A stretch of 64,000 nucleotides of DNA from a virus. Lineage: Duplodnaviria > Heunggongvirae > Uroviricota > Caudoviricetes. The notes beneath the pieces were generated by a model, which saw nothing but the letters and a program-made list of their open reading frames with translations, ran no database searches and was not told the origin of the DNA. Positions within the stretch are counted from its first letter, which is position 1; the number at the start of each line of letters is the position of its first letter. The stretch covers positions 120,990 through 184,989 of the IMG/VR virus record IMGVR_UViG_3300009095_001812. One strand, given 5' to 3'. The translations under genes were made by a program, and so were the position numbers. This document shows positions 46,147-55,439 of the stretch, in pieces.

Positions 46147-46863
46147 CTATTCCTCGACTTGCTCTAAAAGCACGTCGATATACTCCCGGTTTTCTTGAAA
46201 CCGTGGAATCTCAAGATCGGTTGATCCATTTACCAATACACACCAACCTCTTTTATTGATTGTAGGTATTTGTTCCCAATCTATACTTTTCTCATCAAGA
46301 AGCATCTTCTTCATTTCCTTGCAAGACTTACCCTGCAACATTCTGTGAGAAAAATGAGCCTGTGCCAATGAAGAAACAGAATTTCGTTCAGCGTCTTGTT
46401 GTCTCCAAACAAAATAGTTACACGCCTCTTCTCTTGGTATTACAAAAGCTCTGGAATCAAACATTGCCAATTTAGAAATGACAATCTTTTCATCCATCAT
46501 ATATTTGTTGAAATATGCCGTGGCGATGGATGCAGACACAGATACAATCTTTTGTAACTCTTTTCCAAACCACGCCTGAGTTTCAAAGTTCTCGTAATCA
46601 TTTACTAAAATGGATATTTCATCAGATTGGATGTACGCAAGTTTTGCACCCTGGATGTTTTCCATTAGTCCTTTGGCAGCTTGAGTCATTGCACTTTGAA
46701 TACTCTGATCAAAGGGCCTGGTAAAACCCTTTGTATATGAGTGAAATGCTTTACCATCGCAGCGAATTATCATAGGCATGCGTGGGGTTAGGGCAATTTT
46801 AGAGACGTTCTCATAACTTTTCATTCGGTTGCCTAAAGATGATTTCTCCATTTTACCTCTCAA
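46147..46863 (-). CDS. Thg1-like protein (tRNA-His guanylyltransferase family; 3'-5' polymerase / tRNA 5'-end repair)
   Basis: 238 aa. IRCDGKAFHSYTKGF..PFDQ and YIQSDEISILV align with Thg1 motifs (RxDGRxFH..., QSDEYSF). Downstream YFVWRQQDAERNS resembles the Thg1 WRQ(A/Q)D motif. Confidence 0.75.
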   Translation of the reverse strand: MRGKMEKSSLGNRMKSYENVSKIALTPRMPMIIRCDGKAFHSYTKGFTRPFDQSIQSAMTQAAKGLMENIQGAKLAYIQSDEISILVNDYENFETQAWFGKELQKIVSVSASIATAYFNKYMMDEKIVISKLAMFDSRAFVIPREEACNYFVWRQQDAERNSVSSLAQAHFSHRMLQGKSCKEMKKMLLDEKSIDWEQIPTINKRGWCVLVNGSTDLEIPRFQENREYIDVLLEQVEE

Positions 46864-46880
46864 TATTATTGTATGTAAGC

Positions 46881-47102
46881 ATGCCTTTCAGAAGCAAAAA
46901 GCAGCAGAGATTTATGTTCGCCACCATGCCAGATACAGCAAAGGAGTGGGCCCATGAAACTGACTTCTCTAAATTGCCAGAAAAGGCTCGAAAGAAGCGA
47001 AAATCCAAAAAGGACAAGTCTGATCTTGATGACATGAAGATGTCTATCGATCTCCTTGCGGCGCTCGTTGAAGAATTTGTTAAGCAAGTGAAGAAGAAAT
47101 AG
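46881..47102 (+). CDS. Small basic hypothetical protein
   Basis: Internal-Met (MPFRSKK) version of the tracked ORF 46839..47102. Lys-rich. Confidence 0.3.
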   Translation: MPFRSKKQQRFMFATMPDTAKEWAHETDFSKLPEKARKKRKSKKDKSDLDDMKMSIDLLAALVEEFVKQVKKK

Positions 47103-47255
47103 GTAGTTTAGACTTCAACCAAATAAGAAGTCTTTTCTGCCCATCAAGCTCACGTTCAGCCTCTTGTACTTTATCAAAAAGTTTTTTACTATCTTTGTAA
47201 CGAGCTATGTAACGAGTGAGTTTGCGAATTCTTTTTTCTGTACTAACAATATTCA

Positions 47256-48044
47256 TTAAATATTAGGGATTCCCCAAATCATCTGCTCTAATGAACTAAG
47301 ATCTGACTCTCCCATACCCTCTGGTACTGAAGGTTCCTCATACTGTGGTTGAGGGTTTGATTGAACATGATTTGATTGAACATGACCAGTTGGTTGGTAG
47401 TGATTGGTCTGAATACTCCAAGCTGGAGATTCACCAAGAGCAGATGCTATTTGGTTGATGCGAGTTTGCAGACCTTCTGCATGTCGTAGGATACGCTCTT
47501 GATATGTTGGAGCTGTTCCTTCAAAATATCCTGTGAACCACATAGCGCGAGAGAAAGCTAAGGTATCGCCTTGTTGAGCTGCTTGTTCAATTAACTCACC
47601 TCTTGTAGGTCCAGATATTTCTTTTCCCAAAGCTCGATTACCTTGGGATGGATCTGGCATACGTTGAGGTCTTGTTCCCTTGAATAAAAGTTTCACAACA
47701 TCAGCTGCTCCGTCTATATCAGAATCATATGATTTGAATTTCGCATTGTATTTCCCTTGAACGGAAGAATCTTGATGACTAAATCCAGGAGTAGAATTAT
47801 CTCTGGTTTGAACAGCTCCCCAATTATGAGAATTTTCTCCAGATGTGGAGTTTCCCTTTCCCCATCCTTTTCCATATGAAGATTCTAAGTCAGAGACAGC
47901 CATTACAATCTGTCTTTCGGCAGAGGTTGGCCATCGACCCATGACCTGCTGAAAAGCCCTAGAGACCACATCTGAAGCCCAGCGATGGGTATCTGCACTT
48001 ACAGCTGTTTTATAGATCTCTGCAAACTTATGAATCTTCTGCAT
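47256..48044 (-). CDS. Hypothetical protein (possible peptidoglycan-hydrolase-like motif, low confidence)
   Basis: 262 aa with a Gly/Ser-rich low-complexity middle. Confidence 0.5.
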   Translation of the reverse strand: MQKIHKFAEIYKTAVSADTHRWASDVVSRAFQQVMGRWPTSAERQIVMAVSDLESSYGKGWGKGNSTSGENSHNWGAVQTRDNSTPGFSHQDSSVQGKYNAKFKSYDSDIDGAADVVKLLFKGTRPQRMPDPSQGNRALGKEISGPTRGELIEQAAQQGDTLAFSRAMWFTGYFEGTAPTYQERILRHAEGLQTRINQIASALGESPAWSIQTNHYQPTGHVQSNHVQSNPQPQYEEPSVPEGMGESDLSSLEQMIWGIPNI

Positions 48045-48328
48045 ATTCTCATGCGGTTTTATTGAGAGATTCAGGACTAATCAAATATAGGCTTTGGATG
48101 TAGTTTTTTCAAGAAAAACAATTTTATATAGATCGGGATGAAGCCTATTTATTTGGTTTTAACATCATTTAGCCTTTTTTATACAGAAACAACCTTCTTT
48201 GGTAAGAACTGGTGATGCTCCATTATCACAAACTTTCTTAGAGCAATCGTTGGTGTTTACTAAATAAACACCAACGATGACTAGAATAATAACCAATCCA
48301 ATCACAAAATTTACAAAGTCTTCATCAA

Positions 48329-48541
48329 TCATTTAAAATGCTCTTTAGGGTATCTCCACAAAGCATCATGTTGCCGAACATACCCTATACAGTTATACTC
48401 TAATTCTACTTCTATAGTATCGGATATTGGAAGTAACAACCTTACAAATTCCCAACATAAAATATTACCAATATCATTGGTTTTACCATATGGAACAGGA
48501 TTGAACTCGTGAAACATTTTGTTGAACACCATCTTATTCAC
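48329..48541 (-). CDS. Small hypothetical protein
   Basis: 70-aa ORF. Confidence 0.4.
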   Translation of the reverse strand: MNKMVFNKMFHEFNPVPYGKTNDIGNILCWEFVRLLLPISDTIEVELEYNCIGYVRQHDALWRYPKEHFK

Positions 48542-48731
48542 TGTAAAAGGTTTCTATGGTTTTATTGTGCGGCCATAAATATACAAATGATCTTGAACCA
48601 TTGTAGCATGATGTTTATACAAGATGTGTTTATCTTTTATAGATATTTGCAATAATTTCAGTATACTGCAATCTGATTTTATCCATAATAGATTCGCAAT
48701 AAGGACGAGTAAGAATAGGTCTAGCATTCAT

Positions 48732-49169
48732 TTAGAATCTTCCTTTAGAATCTTCCTTTAGATCTTTGAAAGAATGGTACTTCCAAACACCATCACGTCG
48801 CCGAAGAGTTCCTTCATTAGTTGAGAGGTCGAAAAACTCTGTCGGGGTTATGTGGATTGGTGTCATGAAGTCAGAAATTCTACTGCGCCGATCACTTTCC
48901 CATCGCGCATCTGCTTCATCCGCAAGAGCATTGTATTGCTCATTGGCTTCTCCGAAACAGTTTGGGCAGACGTGCCATGTTCCACAGTGGTAAAAACTGC
49001 CCTTGGTTATTTGCCAAGATACACGATCACCAGGTATGTTCAGCGAAACATCGACCCTAACTTCAGTGCAGCGCCCACAAAACTTACACGGGCGCACATC
49101 TTCTCCATGTTCAAATATTAATTCTCTATTGTTACTTTCAACGGGAAAACTATAGATAAGATGAACCAT
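48732..49169 (-). CDS. Cys-rich hypothetical protein
   Basis: 145 aa with CKFCGRC..CGTWHVCPNC. Confidence 0.5.
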   Translation of the reverse strand: MVHLIYSFPVESNNRELIFEHGEDVRPCKFCGRCTEVRVDVSLNIPGDRVSWQITKGSFYHCGTWHVCPNCFGEANEQYNALADEADARWESDRRSRISDFMTPIHITPTEFFDLSTNEGTLRRRDGVWKYHSFKDLKEDSKGRF

Positions 49170-49170
49170 A

Positions 49171-50226
49171 TTAAAAGTCCCATTGCATAAAGTTCTTTCT
49201 TGATTCTTTCTTGATGGTTATTTTATAGAAACCATCTTTGAACTCAAATTGACCATTCTTAGCAGAAATTAGATTTTCTTCAACTAATTTTACCCCCTCA
49301 TAGGGGTTGTCATCTTCGCCATTTTCTTTCGTATAGTTTTCAACACAGTTCTCTGTGAAATACCATCTATCATGAGTAAAAGGTCTCAAAGTATGTTTTC
49401 CCGTATACTTTCTATCGTTTCTTGAATCCACAACTTCAAAATTGTAGGTATCATACGAAGAAACGTGACGGATATTCAGCATTTCAAAAACTTCTTGTGG
49501 GGTTTCCTTATGAAGGTTACACTCAAACACAATAGCTTGTAACATATCAAAATTGAAATTAGGTACCAATCTTGATAGGTTGATTACTGAATCGGTATGT
49601 TGTTTATTTTCCATATTTCTATGGCAGTACTCTATAATGAAAGACTCTTCAAGAGATGAGAATCTGATATGGTAGTGAATTCTACCTGGACGATTCAAGA
49701 AGAAATCGTTTACATGAAAAATATCATTGACCGTTAGTACCAACAGTTTGTTTGACGAATAAACACCTTCAAACAAGGTTAGTAGCTTTGATTGTGCCTC
49801 ATCTTTTTTGAAAACCTTTTCGAACTCATCAAAAACAATTACACATTTCTGATTGATATCTGAAATAAACTTACAGAAGTCTTCATCAAAATCATTGGTG
49901 ATAATTATTGTTGGAATTCCCATTTCTTGACACTTCTTGCAAGCAAGCCGAAGCATCATTGTCTTTCCAGAACCCTTTTCTCCAGAAAGTAAAACACCAA
50001 CATTTCCTTCTTTGTGGGAGTAGGTTTTGATAATCTTGTTTACGTTTTTTACAACGTCTCCATAGATATGATTCGGAATTGTGAACTCATCAACAAGCTC
50101 AAGATAAAACCCTGTAAATTTGTTGAATCTCAACGTATAAACATTAGGCGGCAAATCATCTAAGATATGTGTAGCGTTATCGGGAGCTACGTGAATTCTA
50201 TTACCGTCTTTAAAATATTTGGCCAT
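49171..50226 (-). CDS. P-loop (AAA-like) ATPase
   Basis: 351 aa. Walker A SGEKGSGKT, Walker B VIVFDEFE. Confidence 0.65.
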   Translation of the reverse strand: MAKYFKDGNRIHVAPDNATHILDDLPPNVYTLRFNKFTGFYLELVDEFTIPNHIYGDVVKNVNKIIKTYSHKEGNVGVLLSGEKGSGKTMMLRLACKKCQEMGIPTIIITNDFDEDFCKFISDINQKCVIVFDEFEKVFKKDEAQSKLLTLFEGVYSSNKLLVLTVNDIFHVNDFFLNRPGRIHYHIRFSSLEESFIIEYCHRNMENKQHTDSVINLSRLVPNFNFDMLQAIVFECNLHKETPQEVFEMLNIRHVSSYDTYNFEVVDSRNDRKYTGKHTLRPFTHDRWYFTENCVENYTKENGEDDNPYEGVKLVEENLISAKNGQFEFKDGFYKITIKKESRKNFMQWDF

Positions 50227-50272
50227 TATTACCTTTGTAGTATAACGAAACAGTGTTTAATGTCTGAGTAGG

Positions 50273-50509
50273 TTAGTCGTTTATACACTTAAACTTTTCA
50301 GGTCTGATATTACCGTACTTGGTAATTTCATGTCCATTAGGACAAACTTTCTTAACTGCTTTAAAGCACTGCGATTCTCTATGACAGTATTGTAACCTGT
50401 ATTCGTTTGTACCCTCAATCATTTTTGGTCTTGGATACCCACAAGCTGGTAGGATAAATGCAAACGCGATATAAATGTATTTCATTTGGACCTTACGAAA
50501 TCTTCCCAC
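50273..50509 (-). CDS. Small secreted Cys-containing protein
   Basis: 78 aa with an N-terminal signal-like segment. Confidence 0.45.
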   Translation of the reverse strand: MGRFRKVQMKYIYIAFAFILPACGYPRPKMIEGTNEYRLQYCHRESQCFKAVKKVCPNGHEITKYGNIRPEKFKCIND

Positions 50510-50663
50510 TCTTCCTTTGAGAGTTTTTTAGAAGAATTCTGTGGCTCGATTCCTCGACAGGAATCGCAAATGTGTTTATCATCAATACGAATGCAACCCT
50601 GCCAGTAATCATTCTTACACACTTCGCATTGTTCTTTGTATGGAACTACCACATCTTCCTTTG

Positions 50664-50739
50664 TAGGCCACCCCGGATTCGAACCGGGAACTTTCAGGTT
50701 AAAAGCCCGCTACTCTATAGCCAATTGAGTTAGTGACCC
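50664..50739 (-). tRNA. tRNA-Lys (anticodon UUU), copy 1
   Basis: Acceptor GGGTCAC / GTGGCCT, D-arm ACTC..GAGT, anticodon loop CTTTTAA (27-43 mismatch), T-arm CCCGG-TTCGAAT-CCGGG. Confidence 0.7.
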
Positions 50740-50761
50740 AAAGAACATAAACTGTTCTTAG

Positions 50762-50832
50762 TGGGCCGCCTGAGACTCGAACTCAAAGTACAGGATTAAA
50801 AGTCCTGTGGTTTACCATTAACCGACCAGCCC
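50762..50832 (-). tRNA. tRNA-Lys (anticodon UUU), copy 2
   Basis: Acceptor GGGCTGG / GCGGCCC (one mismatch), D-arm GGTT-AATGGTA-AACC, perfect anticodon arm CAGGA-CTTTTAA-TCCTG, T-loop TTCGAGT. Confidence 0.75.
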
Positions 50833-51507
50833 AAAAGAAAACTTCTGGAGTCCAGGTCGTCAATGCAATGCTTACAGTACACAAAACACAATAGCAATAG
50901 CAGAGATCATAAGAGTTTTTACAACTCCGACCTTTACTCCAGTATGCTGTTTGTGTTTGTATTCTCTGTACATATCAATATCTCTCAATAACTTCTCGAA
51001 GAGAACGCCTTCTAATGGAAGTGTATCCAAAGCAAATATAATTCTCGAAATTTATAAATTGGACTGCTAATTTGTTATGTAGTGTTATTACTATGTGTTT
51101 TTTTCAAAACATGACAAAATCTGTCATCAAACAATGATCCGGTTCTCAATCCATATAGTATTCTAAACTTTGTCTTCTTTGACATCACTGAATACTTCAT
51201 TCATATTCATTACAAACATCTCTTGATTTTTAAAGGGAGAGAGAAAATGTGGTACATCGCAATTTAAACCTTTGGCTATTTGATAAAACAATATTCGCCT
51301 TAAGTGTTTTGATGTGTTATTACACAAATCTTTGAAAGATTTATCTACCAAACAAAATCCTTTAATTGATCTTCTATTGGAATTGAAAAAAGATCAAGAT
51401 TCAGTAATGATGAATATATTTCACCTTGAGGAATAGGATCGAAACGAGAAATGCCCTGAGCATCTCGCAAATCTGAAGTAAACCTCTGTCCTAATGACTT
51501 CCACATT

Positions 51508-51846
51508 TCAACTGGAATATTTTTCAGTTGCATATATCAATCCCAGAATATGATCATTGAAGACATCAAGTTCTTGAGCTGGAACCCAAAGTTCCTCGTG
51601 AATTTTAGAACCCACAATCTGTCTAGGATACCGCTTTATGAACTCGGAGTCAATATAGAATTCCGTGACATATCCGGTCTTGCCATCGCGAGCATTCCAT
51701 CCTTGAGCAATGAGTCTCGCGTATTCAATATTGCAAACAGGATAGAAGATAGATTGCTCAGGCAGTCTTGGAGGAAAACGCTTGCTTCCACTTTCTCTTA
51801 TGAGTTGGAGTTCTTCTTCTCCCACGGGTCTGTATAAAGTTATCAA
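51508..51846 (-). CDS. Hypothetical protein
   Basis: 112-aa ORF. The two upstream small ORFs (51163..51351, 51345..51533) may also be genes. Confidence 0.45.
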   Translation of the reverse strand: MITLYRPVGEEELQLIRESGSKRFPPRLPEQSIFYPVCNIEYARLIAQGWNARDGKTGYVTEFYIDSEFIKRYPRQIVGSKIHEELWVPAQELDVFNDHILGLIYATEKYSS

Positions 51847-52039
51847 TGATATTTCCTTCTTTATCTAGTTTTATATCATCACGATACGGATAGAACATTA
51901 ACTCTCCGTATTTAACTTTTTCTGCCCATTGTGCATTGAGAGAACCTATGTGCTCATCTACGGCTTCACGAGTTGCAAAAACCGTATCATAAGCCAACGA
52001 CCAACCAAAGCGATCTTTCCGCCAAATCTTATATCCCAT
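51758..52039 (-). CDS. Hypothetical protein
   Basis: 93-aa ORF. Confidence 0.45.
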   Translation of the reverse strand: MGYKIWRKDRFGWSLAYDTVFATREAVDEHIGSLNAQWAEKVKYGELMFYPYRDDIKLDKEGNIIDNFIQTRGRRRTPTHKRKWKQAFSSKTA

Positions 52040-52187
52040 ATTACTTCTTATTTTTTATCTTTCTTCTTTTTCTTTAAGAGGGCAATGGTTGTAACAATAG
52101 CAAGGCCACCCATACCAACGAAAATAATAATGAATAGCGTAGTTATATCTGTTTGTGAAAAGCCTGGATCCAACATAATTCTCCTAT

Positions 52188-52406
52188 TTAGTTCTTTACA
52201 GTTGTAATAAACTCTAAAATTGAGAACTCTAGAAAATTTATATGCTCTCCCAACTTACAGATGGTAACAACGTCCTCGGTCTCACCCTCTTTGGGAATGA
52301 AGCACCCTTTTAGAGCTGTGTGAGTGTGATATTGTTTACAATTCAGGTTCACTCGACTCTTTGCATCTTCAAGCAATTTAAGGAACTCCATCCTTTTTAG
52401 TTTCAT
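52188..52406 (-). CDS. Small hypothetical protein
   Basis: 72-aa ORF ending just before tRNA-Leu. Confidence 0.4.
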   Translation of the reverse strand: MKLKRMEFLKLLEDAKSRVNLNCKQYHTHTALKGCFIPKEGETEDVVTICKLGEHINFLEFSILEFITTVKN

Positions 52407-52407
52407 G

Positions 52408-52488
52408 TCCGTGCGGAGGGATTCGAACCCCCACGCTTTTCAGCAGCGAATTTTAAGCTCACCGTGTCTGCCATTCCACCACGCACGG
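52408..52488 (-). tRNA. tRNA-Leu (anticodon UAA), intron-less copy
   Basis: Acceptor CCGTGCG / CGCACGG, type II D-arm GTG-GAATGGCAGA-CAC, anticodon arm GTGAG-CTTAAAA-TTCGC, 13-nt variable arm, T-arm GGGGG-TTCGAAT-CCCTC, discriminator A. Confidence 0.75.
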
Positions 52489-52520
52489 ATATCAACTACA
52501 TGTCTTATTATGGTGTGTAG

Positions 52521-52694
52521 TTATTTATAATACAAATCAGAACCTACAATGCAAATTTCAGTATTTAAATCATCTTGAGAGAGCAAGGGATCTATTTTTT
52601 CACAAAGAAGCTCATAAAATGAGTATATATCTTTGATATGATCTAAACTGTATTCGAAATTTTTAAACTTCCAGAAAAAAGTTTCTTTATTCAT
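52521..52694 (-). CDS. Small hypothetical protein (57 aa, start reassigned)
   Basis: The tracked ORF 52521..52838 reads through tRNA-Cys. The Met at MNKETFFW lies just downstream of the tRNA. Confidence 0.35.
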   Translation of the reverse strand: MNKETFFWKFKNFEYSLDHIKDIYSFYELLCEKIDPLLSQDDLNTEICIVGSDLYYK

Positions 52695-52696
52695 AG

Positions 52697-52768
52697 AGTC
52701 CAGAGTGGGATTCGAACCCACATCATGCGATTTTGCAGATCGCAGCCTCACCACTCGGCCTTCTGGAC
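52697..52768 (-). tRNA. tRNA-Cys (anticodon GCA)
   Basis: Perfect acceptor GTCCAGA / TCTGGAC, anticodon arm GCGAT-CTGCAAA-ATCGC, discriminator U (Cys identity), T-arm GTGGG-TTCGAAT-CCCAC. Confidence 0.8.
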
Positions 52769-53054
52769 ATTGTTTGTTTGGATCGTAATAAACCTGGTTT
52801 AGTAATACCTGCGCGTTTATGGCAAAACCAACACCCACATCTATTATATTTTAACCACTGTTTATACTGTCCTTTTTTCATTCTGAATCACATCTTCGTA
52901 AAAGAGATCCCACGCACCAGATAATAAGGCATCACTAACATCATATAGTTTATCAGAGCCTGGTAAACATCGAAGCGTACTTATCCAAAGCCAACCAAAA
53001 TTTGTGCGAATAGGAAGGGTTGATCTAATGATTGTAGATGTCATGGTAAATAAA

Positions 53055-53228
53055 TAGTGACGAAAAAAAGCGAGACCATTTTTTATCGGCGTCCTAGTCC
53101 CCTAGACGAAACTCGCGAGTTGAGAAGATAAAGATCTCAAAATGGGAATTTTAAGTTCCCGGTGCGAGCTGGGAGATTCGAACTCCCGTTTCCGGCTTGA
53201 TGCGATGAATGATCTCTGTCGCGTCACT
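53055..53228 (-). ncRNA. Permuted/split tRNA-like cassette 1: tRNA 3' half upstream of its matching 5' half, enclosed by a conserved leader/trailer
   Basis: Read 5' to 3' on the minus strand. Leader outer-stem strand AGTGACG (revcomp of 53222-53228). Motif CGCGAC-AGAGATCATTCATC. Then GCATCAAGCCGG-AAAC, T-arm GGGAG-TTCGAAT-CTCCC (53171-53187), acceptor 3' strand AGCTCGC (53164-53170), discriminator A, CC. Next is the hairpin GGGAA-CTTAAAA-TTCCC (53144-53160) and a 27-nt spacer. Then the acceptor 5' strand GCGAGTT (53110-53116, 7 bp complementary to AGCTCGC with one G-U), TC, D-arm GTCT-AGGGGACTA-GGAC, G, CCGAT-AAAAAAT. Trailer: GGTCTCGC-TTTTTTT-CGTCACTA (53055-53077). Leader GAGATC pairs with trailer GGTCTC, and leader GTGACG pairs with trailer CGTCAC. 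Confidence 0.5.
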
Positions 53229-53231
53229 TAG

Positions 53232-53305
53232 TTGCGGGAGAAGGATTTGAACCTTCGGTCTCCAGGTTATGAGCCTAGCGGGCTACCAGACTGCCCTATC
53301 CCGCG
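53232..53305 (-). tRNA. tRNA-Met (anticodon CAU), initiator-like (C1-A72 mismatch)
   Basis: Acceptor CGCGGGA / TCCCGCA with unpaired C1 and A72, a hallmark of bacterial initiator tRNA. D-arm GGGC-AGTCTGGTA-GCCC, anticodon arm CTAGG-CTCATAA-CCTGG, T-arm GAAGG-TTCAAAT-CCTTC. Confidence 0.75.
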
Positions 53306-53554
53306 ATAACTTATGAAGATTTTTTTTCTTTTATAAAATCTTTTAGTATTTCTTTTATCTAATCTACGAATTCGTTTTCGAACAAATGGTTCTATTTCTT
53401 TATCATTAGAAGAGAATGTTTGTTTAGAATTTTCACATCCTAATTTGTGGTGATAAAATTCACTACCATGAAATGGTTCAAGATCGTTCATAATACATTT
53501 GCATTTTTTACAAACTGCTTTGAAACTTTCGTAATCTGAATCTCTGTTTTCCAT
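53267..53554 (-). CDS. Zinc-finger hypothetical protein (3' end overlaps tRNA-Met)
   Basis: 95 aa with CKKCKC...H..C. Confidence 0.4.
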   Translation of the reverse strand: MENRDSDYESFKAVCKKCKCIMNDLEPFHGSEFYHHKLGCENSKQTFSSNDKEIEPFVRKRIRRLDKRNTKRFYKRKKIFISYRGIGQSGSPLGS

Positions 53555-53558
53555 ATTG

Positions 53559-53631
53559 TGACCCTAGAGGGATTCGAACCCTCGTTACCTGATAGAGAGT
53601 CAGGTGTCCTAAACCGTTAGACGATAGAGCC
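53559..53631 (-). tRNA. tRNA-Glu (anticodon CUC)
   Basis: Body matches E. coli tRNA-Glu (TC-GTCT...GGAC-A, variable TAAC, GAGGG-TTCGAAT-CCCTC). Anticodon arm CCTGA-CTCTCTA-TCAGG, acceptor GGCTCTA / TAGGGTC. Confidence 0.8.
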
Positions 53632-53634
53632 ATG

Positions 53635-53748
53635 GCAACGAAAATGTGTCGACAAATTGCAGAACCAACACTGCGTCCAAAGCTTACGCCCTGGATAGGA
53701 ATCGAACCTATGAATCTAATAAAGATGAAATGTCAACTTGCGCGTTGC
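53635..53748 (-). ncRNA. Degenerate copy of the leader/trailer tRNA-like cassette (T-arm and acceptor-like module only)
   Basis: Leader outer GCAACG (revcomp of 53743-53748), CGCAAG, inner stem strand GTTGAC, conserved ATTTCATC. T-arm ATAGG-TTCGATT-CCTAT plus CCAGGGC-G. Trailer inner stem GTCGAC (53648-53653), ACATTTT, outer CGTTGC (53635-53640). No complementary 5' acceptor strand or D-arm found. Confidence 0.35.
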
Positions 53749-54298
53749 GTAAAGTTTAATTGAGATTCAATTTCTTGAATGAATTTATCACAACAACCAT
53801 CAACTGAGTTGTGATACTTGTACCTGTAGATGAGTGCGGTTCTCTTGTGTAAGGAACATACCATCTCAGTTCTTTCAACCTGAATGAGATCCGCTTCACC
53901 GGTCATCATTATTATATCCAGGTATTAGCTGTCTTTTACAGCGTTCGAGGATAAACCCTCGACCTCTTCTTTTAGTACTTTTGTAACTTCAATACAAATC
54001 AAATGTAATGGAATGAACTTTTGATAAACAGGAATATTTACATGTGGGTTTTCATTACCCCAATAATTATCTTTTAACCATTTTTCAATACCCATTTCAT
54101 TTTCAGTATTCAAAAGAAGTTCGGTTATTGAGTTAGATTTCTTTTTTGAATTCATGTGAAATCTGATTATCTATCACGTACAAACCAATCAAATCTTCAT
54201 ATACACAAGGATCATCTTCTGACATTGATAATGGAGCAACATCAGGAATATTTCCTCGATCTAATTCGGCTTCACAGCAATCAAAAATTGCTCGCCAC

Positions 54299-54763
54299 TC
54301 AAATATTAGAGAGTTTTTTTCTTGAGACATCAATCAACTCTTCAATTGAATCAACTGTTTGGATTCTGTACTTTTCACAAACAATATCTACATTACCCTT
54401 TCGATGAAAACCATTAGGACAACATACAATCATTTTTCCAGACTTAGCAAACAATCCAAGTTCCAACAATGAAATAGGAGATATTGTATTGCTCTCAAGA
54501 TACATTACAATGACATCAGAGTCTTCAAGAGCTTGCAGCTCCCATCGAACTTGTTCATAGAAATCATCGTTCTTGATATCTTGAGCCCAGGAAGGATCCC
54601 AGTTCTCACGCCTAGGGTTATAAATAGTTCCTGGTAGAGATTCTAAAGCATTCTCTATGATAGATTGCCAGTCTTGAGCTTTTCCCATTTCAATTGATCC
54701 GGCAAGGAATAATCGGGGAGACTTTGCTTTTGCAATACCGCTAGGGGGTTTTATTACATTCAT
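54299..54763 (-). CDS. Nucleoside 2-deoxyribosyltransferase-like (NDT/DUF4062-type Rossmann) protein
   Basis: 154 aa. LFLAGSIEMG near the N-terminus and SDVIVMYLE...SLLELGLFAKSGKMIV fit the NDT-like fold pattern. The upstream small ORFs 53925..54155 and 54133..54333 are hypothetical. Confidence 0.5.
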   Translation of the reverse strand: MNVIKPPSGIAKAKSPRLFLAGSIEMGKAQDWQSIIENALESLPGTIYNPRRENWDPSWAQDIKNDDFYEQVRWELQALEDSDVIVMYLESNTISPISLLELGLFAKSGKMIVCCPNGFHRKGNVDIVCEKYRIQTVDSIEELIDVSRKKLSNI

Positions 54764-54807
54764 ATGATTCCAGACATAAAAAAGGGGCCGAAGCCCCTTT
54801 TTGAAGA

Positions 54808-55437
54808 TTAGCCCTCCTTTGTTGCTTTGGGCTGATCTCGATGCGCTTCTTTTTCTTTAGGAGGATCCTTCTGCTCTTTCTTAGCAACAGAATTTAGATC
54901 GTGGGCCATAGCTTTAATCTTCTTTAGATATGGCATTCTCTCTTTTGATTTCTCATTGGAACAAGACTTGGATGTTGCATACGCAGATGTTGCCCAGAAC
55001 GCATACATTGCCGGATTGTTACCGTGCCTAGAAATGCAAAGGTTTACACTTTTGTTGAGTGTAATTGCAGCTCTATTAGCTGCAAGGGTTGTAGCCTCTA
55101 GATCAGCTCCCACAATCTTATCCCATTCCTTTTTGGGAAACCAGTGCCCATATTGAAGCTGCCAGGGAGAACCCGCTCTTCCCGAGTCACACTCTCCAAT
55201 ACTTACTCGACAGTTTCCTTCATGAACGTGCTTTGCGAATTTGGATTCCCACCATCCTTGATTGATCAAGAGATAAGCCATCTCATCAGATGAACCCAGA
55301 AAAGGATTTTCTTGTGATGCTTTCAAAATGCTCTCCGCAATGATCTCAATACGATCTTCACGGTTTGCTTCTTGTTCATCACCCTTCCATGCGGGTATCT
55401 TCATTAATAGTGCTATGATAATAGCTTTCGTCAACAT
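54808..55437 (-). CDS. Lytic transglycosylase (SLT-domain)-like secreted protein
   Basis: 209 aa. Signal-peptide-like N-terminus. WWESKFAKHV (catalytic E-S) and GSPWQLQY resemble SLT motifs. Confidence 0.55.
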   Translation of the reverse strand: MLTKAIIIALLMKIPAWKGDEQEANREDRIEIIAESILKASQENPFLGSSDEMAYLLINQGWWESKFAKHVHEGNCRVSIGECDSGRAGSPWQLQYGHWFPKKEWDKIVGADLEATTLAANRAAITLNKSVNLCISRHGNNPAMYAFWATSAYATSKSCSNEKSKERMPYLKKIKAMAHDLNSVAKKEQKDPPKEKEAHRDQPKATKEG

Positions 55438-55439
55438 AT

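Noticed and set aside
53055-53228. Two-piece (permuted) tmRNA as an explanation for the upstream-3'-half / downstream-5'-half arrangement
   Set aside because: The cassettes are only about 150-190 nt, with no tag reading frame or pseudoknot region. They carry true D-arms, and several paralogous copies have different acceptor sequences.
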